From Vicugna vicugna (Eukaryota), in the NCBI GenBank assembly GCA_013265495.1, contig MU057711.1, positions 2,058,844 to 2,122,843 on the forward strand: a DNA stretch of 64,000 nucleotides, written 5' to 3'. The notes below the pieces were generated by a model. That model was not told the DNA's origin. It did no database searches and saw only the letters and a program-made list of their open reading frames with translations. Each line of letters begins with the position of its first letter. Positions within the stretch are counted from its first letter, which is position 1. The translations under genes were made by a program, and so were the position numbers. Positions 40,866 to 50,451 of this stretch are shown one piece after another.

Positions 40866-41003
40866 AAGAACAGTTAAGTGATACCATGAGGAAACAATCA
40901 GACAAATCTAGAATACAGGATATTCTATAAGACAACTGGCTTAGTCAGTATCACTAGGGGGAAAAAAAAGAGGTACGAAGACTGCTCTAGATTAAAAGAA
41001 ACT

Positions 41004-41220
41004 GGGGGAGGGTATAGCTCAAATGGTAGAGTGCATACTTAGCACGCATGCTGTCCTGGGTTCAATCCCCAGTACCTCCATTAAAATCCCCAGTATCTCC
41101 ATTAAAAAAATCAATAAATAAATAGGTAAGCCTAATTACTTCTCCCTCAAAAAAAAAATAAATAAAACAAAACAAAGTGTGTCAGGAAAGCATTGAAGTG
41201 TTAAAAAAATAATAATAAGA
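41004..41220 (+). mobile_element. tRNA-Ala-derived SINE with extended tail
   Basis: TSD taaaagaaact at 40993-41003 and 41221-41231. Confidence 0.88.
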
Positions 41221-41312
41221 TAAAAGAAACTAAAGACACATAAAAACTAAGTGCAATGTACAAACCTTAATTAACTCCTGGTTTTTAAAAAGGCCATAAA
41301 AGCACCCTTGGG

Positions 41313-41486
41313 TGAAGAAAGCTGGAGTAACTATTCTCATATCAGACAAAATAGACTTTAAAATAAATATTGTAATGAAAGACAAAGGAGGGCATTACAT
41401 GATGATAAAAGGGTCAATCCAGCAAGAAGATAGAACATTTATAAATGTAAATACACCCAATACAGGAGAACCAAGATATATAAAGC
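41313..41486 (+). mobile_element. internal LINE-1 ORF2 endonuclease-domain fragment
   Basis: Translates KKAGVTILISDKIDFKINIVMKDKGGHYMMIKGSIQQEDRTFINVNTPNTGEPRYIKQ, a recognisable L1 EN segment. Confidence 0.88.
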
Positions 41487-42919
41487 AAAAGCATTTTTGG
41501 GGGGACAATTAGAAATTCAAATATGAGAACCAGAGATTAGATGTAATAGAACTGCTATTAGTTTTTAAGGTGTGAAAATGGTATCGTAATTAGGTAAGAG
41601 AATGTCTCTCTTCTTAGGAGCTGCATGTGAAGGACTTAAAGGTGAGATGTCATGAACTCTGCAACTACTTTTCATGGTTAAGAAAAAATTTTATTTATAC
41701 AGCATATGTATAAGTTAAAAAATGGCAGAATGGTAATAATTACTGAATCTAGATACAAAATACATGGGTGTTCATTACAGTATTCATTCAAATTTTCTAT
41801 ATACTTAAAATGTTTCATAATAAAAAACTGGAACAGAATAAAATTAAAAGGGGCCTAAATGCAATGAAGTGCCCAGAACAGGTTCCTGAAACAAAACAAA
41901 ACAAAATACGTTAGTAGAAAAACTGGTGAAATATGAATAAACTCTGTAGTACATTTAATATTATTGCACTAATGCTAATTTCCTAGTAACTGTGCCTTCA
42001 TTATACAAGATTCAGGAAGGAGAATTTAGATTAAAAAAACGCCCTGTACTATCACTTGATATTTTCTATAAATGTAAAATTATTCCAAAATAAAACCTTT
42101 TTTTTTTAAGGGGGCAACCAGTGTATAAAAACTCTAAGTTTTCATTGGTTTTTAATATGCATGTAATTGAACAACTTCAAGATCCAATGTTTACCACTAT
42201 GACCTTCCACAAATATCTAGTTTGGCACAAAAAGACCCCAAATGTGAGAAAAGCTTCCATGGGACCACGTATGGGACAGAAGGGATGCCACGTCTGTACC
42301 CACTGCCTGGGCATCAGGGCTGCAGGCCAGACAGGGGGCTTGGTCCTTAGAGGAGAGTGAGGCTACTGCCTGGGTGCAGCTACCTTGTTCTGGCTCAGAG
42401 AAGCTTTCCTTAGTTCAGCAAAGACACAGGTTGAACTGTCTGCTTGTGCAGCACCGACTGCAAAAGAACTGCAAAGAGGAGGAACACAGCAGTGTCAATT
42501 TATGTCCCTTCTCTGGTCTGCAGAGCCCCCAGCCACCCACCTTTGCGAGCTAAATCAGATTAACCAAGTCGCCACATCACAGACATCTGTGCAGTTTTTG
42601 GAGTGTCTATCAGATTTTCATTCATATTATCTCATTTAATCGTGGTAACAGCTCCCATTTTACAAAGGAGGAACAGAGGACACCTAGCCCCTCTCTACCT
42701 TCGCTGAGTCATAAACACTTTTCACCGGAAGCTCTCTCTTTAACAGGAGATGCTGGTGCTTCACCTGACTCACATGAACCGCATTCACTCCTTCCCTCTG
42801 AACTTCTACCAGCCTTATACTGTGATGAATCAGAACAGGTAAGGGATGTGAAAACACTTTTAGCCTTTTGTCAAAGGGGAGTGTGGGTGGAAGAATGTGG
42901 TTGAAATCCAAGCAAAAAT

Positions 42920-42984
42920 CTATGACTTTTTTGAAAGCAACATCAATTTGATAACACATCTGTGCTGCTGGGATTGCGTGGTGG
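42920..42984 (-). CDS. NCOA5-like: candidate terminal coding exon A
   Basis: Acceptor tgctctgtgctctag; phase 1; (A)TTQSQQHRCVIKLMLLSKKS*; no homology support. Confidence 0.3.
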
Positions 42985-43963
42985 CTAGAGCACAGAGCAC
43001 AGAGTCACACGGCTGGTGCGCAGCCTCGGCTCCACCAGGTGCCGCTGTGTGACCTTGGGCGGGTTAATCGCCCTCTGAGCCTTAGGTGACTCATGTGGCA
43101 AATGGAGATGATCCCAGTACGTAGCCCACAGGGTTGTCTGAGGACTCAATGGAATTATCTCAGTGCCTGGCATACAGTGAGAACGCAATACATGGCAACT
43201 ATTACTGGCATGCCTCATGGTTCTGATTTACATCTTTGTTTTTTAAAAGAGCTTTCTCCAACTATTAGTGCTTGACTTTGGGGCTGAGAGGGCCCCTGGA
43301 AGCCATGGAAGGCCATTTTGGGGGTAAGGAAAGTTCTCCAAATTTTTAAAAAATTGTGATCCATGAGCGGAGGATCTTCAGAATTAGATAATTATCTGGC
43401 TCTCCGGGAGGGTGGGAGCCACTGAGCTCCGTCTGTTCTATCTCTTGCCACTATTTTGTAAATGTATATTCTTTATACCACAACCACAGCAATATCTACC
43501 TCACAGACTAAAAACCAGAGGGTTGAAACTTTTAAATGATAATAAATATCATGAAAAATGTCTCTTGCATGGAAAACGAAGAAGGACAAAGGCCCACTTT
43601 CCTAATAGCTGGGGCTTCAGCCCCAAATCTTTAAACAGAATTAAGAGGAACTCTGGGCGGTACCTTCATCTAGGCTTAGTAAGTCTGAATGACTAGAAAT
43701 GAAGCAGCCAAACACCTGTTTGGCCGCCTTCTGTTCCAAGCCAGAGCACAGCCTCAGCTCTTCCCACCGCCTTGGCAGACCAGCCAAAGGTCTGCGCTCA
43801 CACCCTGGTGAGTTTGGGGACAGCCTGGAAGCCTCCAGCCTCATCTCCCCGAGCCATGCAGGAGGGAAGGCAGCATCAGAGAAAATGAGAGCTGGCCAAG
43901 GAAGGAAGATAGAGAGAAAAGCCTCTATTCCCGTGCAGGCTCTGAGCCAGGGCTGGGTATCAG

Positions 43964-44037
43964 TTAGCACTTTAAATATGGTAGATCAGATCCCTGTCCT
44001 CCGGCCAGGCAGGGAAGGGGCTGTTCCTCCTTGAGCC
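43964..44037 (-). CDS. NCOA5-like: candidate terminal coding exon B
   Basis: Acceptor cctcatttctgcag; phase 1; (G)LKEEQPLPCLAGGQGSDLPYLKC*; no homology support. Confidence 0.25.
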
Positions 44038-44594
44038 CTGCAGAAATGAGGCATATACCTCCAACGACATCAAAGACCCATGACTAAATGACATTCAGTC
44101 TCATGAAAAGATACTCCCTTTGCCAACCTTTTGCACTCCTGACTTGTCAAGGAGAGAGTTTCTGCATTGTTGGTGTCCCACTGACACCTCCTTGACCCTT
44201 AGTAACTCCCTTTATTTACCAGGGATGGAGTAAGCCTCAACCTTAGACACTGAGGCAGGTAACAGTAATGAGTAGGAATTGAGTAACATTGTTTTGTGTT
44301 CTTTTTATTATGGTTGCCTTCTATTTTGGAGCAAATAACAATGATGTCCATTCATGAAAGAGATGCAACATCCCTTTTTAAGTACATTTGTAGCTTTAAA
44401 AAAAAAGAAAGGGAAGGGAGGGAGAAAAAGACTAAGAAATAATAGATTTCTACATAAGAAAAATATAGCACACTTTCCTACCTACTGTGACATTTTCTTG
44501 ATGCCTCCAACAGCCCATAACTGTGCTGACCACTACCAGCCACCAGCCACATACCACATACAACCCTTATTTAATTACTACATGACTAGAATCA

Positions 44595-44763
44595 TTTAAA
44601 TAATTAAAAAGTAAATAAAATTTTAAAAATTCAATTCATCAAATGTGTCGTACTAGCCACATTTCAAGGGCTCAATAGCCACGTGTAGCTGACAGCTCAC
44701 CTCACTAGACAACGCAGCTACGGAACATTTCTCCCACCACAGAAAGTTCTTTTGGTCAGTACG
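44595..44763 (-). mobile_element. MER3-like hAT-Charlie element
   Basis: actagccacatttcaagggctcaatagccacgtg...gaacatttc...cacagaaagttct. Confidence 0.7.
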
Positions 44764-44801
44764 AGCCTAGAATGCCACTCAAAGCTCACCTGGCTACTCA
44801 C

Positions 44802-44948
44802 CTGGTGGTGGTACTAAAAGGCCTGGCTTCTCCCCAAGTAATGGACGTTTGGGAGGCTTGGGAGGGAGGCATCCCAAAGGTGCAGGCCTCTTGGAGGGGA
44901 CTGCCAGAAGTGGGGGAGGGGGAAACAGACCTTTGGGGTTGACCAATC
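44802..44948 (-). CDS. NCOA5-like coding exon (Pro-rich repeat 2)
   Basis: ttttgttctctgcag acceptor, gtgagt donor, 147 nt, phase 1-1; LVNPKGLFPPPPLLAVPSKRPAPLGCLPPKPPKRPLLGEKPGLLVPPP. Confidence 0.8.
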
Positions 44949-45144
44949 CTGCAGAGAACAAAACCAAAACATAAATGGGAAGATGCATGACGAACCCATT
45001 CCAGCTGTTTGCCCCAAAGGGACATTTCCTCATCTTTAGAAAGGGGCTGAGCAGGGAGCACCTGCCACGCACACCAAGCCCAACCTCAGCTCCTCAAGCT
45101 CTGCCAAGTCCTCTCTGAGCCCAGACTGTGACTCAGTGATTATC

Positions 45145-45360
45145 CAGGGTTCAGCAAACTAGAGTCTGGGGGCCAAATCCAGCCTACTGTTGGTTTTGGT
45201 ATGGCCTGCAAGCCAGAATGGTTTTCTCATTTTTAAATGGTTACATTATAAATGGTTATATCAGTACATACATAATATCCTTAATTTTGCTTCTTGGCCT
45301 GAAAAGTCTAAAATGAAATATTTACCATCTGGCTCTTTAAAAAGAAGTTTGAAAACCCTG
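45145..45360 (+). mobile_element. MER58-like hAT-Charlie element
   Basis: TIRs cagggttcagcaaact ... agtttgaaaaccctg; ggccaaatccagcc motif. Confidence 0.75.
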
Positions 45361-46885
45361 GGCCTAAGTCCATGCCTGTCCTGACATCCTGGTCCTCCAC
45401 CTTCACCTTGTCACAAGTGGGTTTTGTTCCAAACATTCTGTTTTGACACAAAAGACCCAGAATTGCCAAAGTAATACTGAAGAAAAAGAGAAAAAAATGC
45501 AATACATTTTCTCAAACATCCAAAGCACTTAGGTTCCCAGACAGGTCATAAAGGCAGACCCACAACATACCTGAAGCACTCTGTTCTTCAGAATCTAACA
45601 TCCATCCACCCAGGACACGGGCCCCCAGTGGTGTAACACATGGTCTAGTGCCCTGTCACCTTGCTCTTGGTGATAGTCTGCCAGGCACAATCCTCACCCT
45701 GCTGAACAGGACATTTTCTCCCAGTTCTTGCCAAGGTCCTGAAGCAAGAACCTAGCCCTTTTTGAAGGTCTAGAAGAGTTTTGTTTTTAAACTAATGGCA
45801 AGGATGGGAAACCATTAAAGGCAAAAAAGATTTCTTCCTGAGTCCTCCTCCCTTTTATTCACTCACTTCTCATGGGAAGCAACCAGGTAGTAAGAACAGG
45901 CCTGTGGCTGAGGCACAGGGGAGTGCCAGGACAACGGGAGAAGGAAGGGAAGAAACAAAGACATGGCAAACAAAGCGCAGGCCGTGATGGGGACAGAGAA
46001 GATGCTGAACTGATACACCCTCGCTCACCCTGAAAGTCAACAGGTCAAAAAGGGAGGGGGTGCGGAAATGCTCGTCCCTAGGGCTGTGGAGCTTCAGTGC
46101 ACTGACACTGCCAACAAAAGATGTGTGTACTACAGCTAGAAAGCAAGCGGGCACATTCCCTCAATTACAATCCACAGTAATAGTCAAGGTGGAAATATTG
46201 TGCTCAAAGGAAAAATTTTTGGTTCAAAAATAACCCTTGTTCACATAGGAGGCCAAAGCAATAGATGACTCTTATGAACAAATGCATCTCCAGGTCTAAA
46301 TTTTATTTAAGGTCCAGGTGAAAAGCCACCTTCCTGAGAAGACCTCACTGACAACTTCCTCTTTAACATGGAAGATTGAAAACATGCTCTCATCTGGTTC
46401 CTCCTCCGCTCCCACTGCCAACACACAAGGAGGACAGGGGAGGAGACAGAGTGTATGAACAAATGTTTGGGAAGGTGAGGAACAGAAGGGACGGTGAGTA
46501 AATGGAGGAAACTACATCCTAGGTGCCTGAACTCTTTACCCTCAAGAGCAGGGAAAAGCTCCAACACTGGACGAACCAGAAACCCCACAGGGCTGACCAC
46601 TGGGCTCGAGTGGGAGTCTGTGCCCACCCAGCTCTCCTCCCAGAGGTAAGAGATGGATGTCTGATGAAGCTGCATGAGCAGCAGGATCCAGTGTGGCCCA
46701 AAGTTAGTCAGCTCGGGATTTCCTGTCATACAAGCCAATCAAGTCCCCTTGTTGTAAGCTAACTCGAGTTGGTTTTTATGTCACTGGCAATGTGAGAAAT
46801 CCACAGCACTAAAACTTCATTTTAGGCAGATGTTGGATACTATTTAGCACCAACTGCTCAGAAAAGAAACCTCAAAAACACTACT

Positions 46886-48549
46886 TCAAAGTACTGAGGA
46901 CATTTTTCACAGAACTAGAACAAATAATCCTAAAATTTATATGGGATCACAAAATACCCAGAATTGCCAAAGCAACACTGAAGAAAAAGAACAAAGCTAG
47001 AGGTATAATCCTCTCAGACTTCAGACAATACTACAAAGCCACGGTAATTAAAACAGTGTGGTACTGGCACAAAAACAGACATATGGATCAATGGAACAGA
47101 GTAAAGAGCCAGAAATAAACTCACACACCTACAGTCAATTAATCTTAAACAAAGGAAGCAAGAATAGACAATGGAGAAAAGACAGTCTCTTTGGCAAGTG
47201 GTGTTGGGAAAAATGGACAGCCGCATTTAAATCAATGAAGTTACAACACTCCCTCACACCATACACAAAAATAAACTCAAAATGGCTTAAAGCCTTAAAC
47301 ATAAGACAAGACACCACAAACCTCCTAGAAGACAACATAGGCAAAACATTCTCTGACATAAATCACAGCAATGTTCTCCTGGGTCAGTCTACCCAAGCAA
47401 CAGAAATAAAAGCAAAAATAAACAATGGGACCTAATTAAACTTATAGGCTTTTGCACGGCAAAGGAAACCATAAACAAGACAAAAAGACTAGGAATGGGA
47501 GAAAAATACTTGCAAATGATGTGACTGACAAGGGCTTAATTTCCAGAATATACAAATAGCTCATACAACTCAGTAACAAAAAAACAAACAACCCAATCCA
47601 AAAATGGGCAGAAGACCTAAACAAACATTTCTCCAATGAAGACATATAGATGTCCAATTAAAAAATGTTCAACATTGCTAATTATCAGAGAAATGCAAAT
47701 CAAAACTACAATGAGATATTACCTCACACCAGTCAGAATGGCCATCGCTAAAAAGTCCACAAATGATAAAAGCTGGAGAGGATGTGGAGAAAAGGCAACT
47801 CTCCTACACTGTTGATGGGAATGCAGTTTGATGCGGCCATTATGGAAAACAGTATGGAGATCCATTAAAAAACTAAAAATAGACTTATCATATGATCTAA
47901 CACTTCCACTCCTGGACATACAACTGCAGGAAACTAATTTCAAAAGATACATGCACCCCAATGTTCACAGCAGCACTATTTACAATAGCCAACACATAGA
48001 AGCAACTTAAATGTCCATTGACAGATGACTGTATAAAGAAGTTGTGGAATACACACACACAATGGAATACTACTCAGTCATAAAAAAGAATGAAATAATG
48101 TCATTTGCAGCAATATGAATGGACCTAGAGATGATCATATTAAGTGAAGTAAATCAGGAAGAGAAAGACAAATACCATATGATATCACTTATATGTGGAA
48201 TCTGAAAAAATGATACAAACGAACTTATTTACAAAACAGAAACAGACTCACAGACATAGAAAACAAACATGGTTACCAGGGAAAAAGGAGGTGGGGGAAG
48301 GATAAATTGGGAGTTCGGGATTTGTAGGTACCAACTACTATATAGAAACAGATAAACAACAATGTCCCACTGTATAGCACAGAGAACTGTATTCAATATC
48401 TTGTAGTAACGTATAATGGAAAAAAATAAGAAAAGGAATATATATAGATATATATATGTCTGCATAACTGAATCACTATGTTGTACCCCAGAAATTAACG
48501 CAACACTGTAAATTGACTATAACTTCAATTAAAAATAGAAAAAAATTTT
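46886..48549 (+). mobile_element. 5'-truncated LINE-1 (ORF2 3' part plus 3' UTR), intronic and antisense to the gene
   Basis: Decayed ORF2 C-terminal sequence, 3' UTR and A tail; 12-bp TSD aaaaacactact at 46874-46885 and 48550-48561. Confidence 0.92.
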
Positions 48550-48853
48550 AAAAACACTACTGAATTCAGAGTGCTCATTATGACAACTCGAAGTCACTCT
48601 AACTGAGGTCACAAACCTTGGTCAAAGAGCTTCTCTAAACCTCTCCCTGTATTAAAACTTAAGGCAATTCGTTCAAGAGAAATAGCACCCATTGAACCTC
48701 AAAGCATCTCTCCTGTCTTCTGAAATTGGATTAGTCATTAAAAACGTAGCAACAAACACTGTCACTGCTCTAAACTATCCTGCATCCTCAGGAGAACTCT
48801 CATGGAAACAGAAGAGCGACCGCTAGGTCGTATGCCGAGAGGGAAGCACTGAC

Positions 48854-49045
48854 CGGGCGGTGGAGGGAGACTGCCTGGCCTCTCACCTAACAAAGGGGAC
48901 TTGACAAGAAGTGGGGGAGGAGGGCCTACGAAGGATCTCTTTCTGGGGGTTGGAAGAAGTGGAGGTGGCTTGCCCACGGTGAGGGTAGTTCTGCCTTGAA
49001 ATGAGGGATGATCACTGCTGGCCAAAGGATTTGGTGTCTCAAAGC
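48854..49045 (-). CDS. NCOA5-like coding exon (Pro-rich repeat 1)
   Basis: ttcttcacttttccag acceptor, gtcagt donor, 192 nt, phase 1-1; FETPNPLASSDHPSFQGRTTLTVGKPPPLLPTPRKRSFVGPPPPLLVKSPLLGERPGSLPPPP. Confidence 0.8.
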
Positions 49046-49869
49046 CTGGAAAAGTGAAGAAAACAAATGGTCAGCAGAAATCTGCTGCAGAGGCCAGCAA
49101 GCTGCACAATTACTCAGGTAATTCCAGGAAGGTTTTTGATTCTTCCTACTTAGAGGTTTCTATAATAAAAAAGCAACAGGATGTTAGCTAGACTTACTGT
49201 GGTGAGCGCTACACAACATAAACAGATAATTGAAGCATTATGTTGTATACCTGAAACTAATATGTTAAATGTCAGTTTTATCTCAATAAAGACAAATTTA
49301 AAAAATAAATTAAATAAGCACTCAGAAGAAAAAAGAAACAAAACCGCTATGCTTTAAAAAGCTTACGGATTCCATCCCCATCCTGAGAAAGTAAGTTCAA
49401 TAAAAGCACAAAAAATAAAATACAGTCCACATTTTATAAGAATAACAATTTCTTTAAAGATTTAACATGGTCCTGTAACTTCAGCTGCTTTTCCCTACAA
49501 GGGACAAGTGATTATTATTTTCTTCTCACCTACTCAACTCAAAACAAGCAATCTGAAAAGTCACTACTTTAAGGACTTGACTTGTAACTGGAGTGCTCTT
49601 TAAAACAGGTGAGAGTAGGAACTGCTTCTTTACATTTACCACACACTTCAAAGTACTCTTAAAATGTCTCAATTAACAACAACAACAACAACAACAAAAA
49701 AAACAGAATCAGAAAAATAAACTGAAAGGGAACTAGAACTGTTTCCTACATGTCCATCTATATAGAGAGGGCATCCTATTTATACATTAAAAATCTGGTT
49801 CAAAAGAAAATTAAGCTTCAGAAGCAGCATTTCAGTCTCAACAGGCTAAACACTAAAATAGTGTATTCC

Positions 49870-50004
49870 TGGAGGAGGAGGGTGTAGCTCAGTGGTAGTG
49901 TGTGCTTAGCATGCACAAGATCCTGGGTTCAATCCCCAGTACCTCCACTAAAAACAATCACTAAATAAATATAATTATCTGCCCCCACAAAAAATAAAAA
50001 TAAA
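49870..50004 (+). mobile_element. tRNA-Ala-derived SINE (Vic-1-like)
   Basis: 16-bp TSD taaaatagtgtattcc at 49854-49869 and 50005-50020. Confidence 0.9.
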
Positions 50005-50175
50005 TAAAATAGTGTATTCCCACCCAGGATATGTTCAAATCAGATACCTCTGTATTACAGAGGTACATTCTCTCAACTAAATGAAAAGCTGTTAGTTTTC
50101 TTTCATACATGGATTTTTTAGAAAAGGATTTTCTGGGATTTAAAATAGGGAAAGAAAAGGGATGGTGCCAAATAC

Positions 50176-50451
50176 CTTCCAGTTGTCCTTTCCTGGTCTT
50201 CAGGTAGTCGATGAGTACGTCCAGCTCATTCCTGTACAAATGCTTGCCCTCGTTTAACAGGAAAAGAAGATGCTGAATGCCCGAAGGGACAGAGTAGCTG
50301 GTGAGGCACTCCCGGGCCAGGAAGTCATCTACCAGATCTCCAGCCCTCAGAGAAGTTTCAGTGCGTTCCTGCTGCTCCCACTTAGCAAAAACTCTCCTAT
50401 GTTCTTTAGCCACCAGCACCAGGGCATCCTCCAGGGGCATATGCCGATGTA
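50176..50451 (-). CDS. NCOA5-like coding exon (end of core domain, helical region and LxxLL box)
   Basis: tttcttgtccctag acceptor, gtattt donor, 276 nt, phase 1-1; HRHMPLEDALVLVA...IQHLLFLLNEGKHLYRNELDVLIDYLKTRKGQLE resembles NCOA5 HRNMPQADAMVLVA...IQSLINLLADNRYL...IINYLRERK (recalled). Confidence 0.9.

Larger units (their letters stand above)
39590..42110 (+). mobile_element. old L1M 3' fragments hosting several younger insertions
   Basis: gaaatgcaaactaaagc, cccagcaattccactcctagg and L1MC-type 3' UTR motifs. Confidence 0.65.

Noticed and set aside
47058..47435. 125-aa ORF
   Set aside because: Reading of decayed L1 ORF2 with frame shifts; not a host gene
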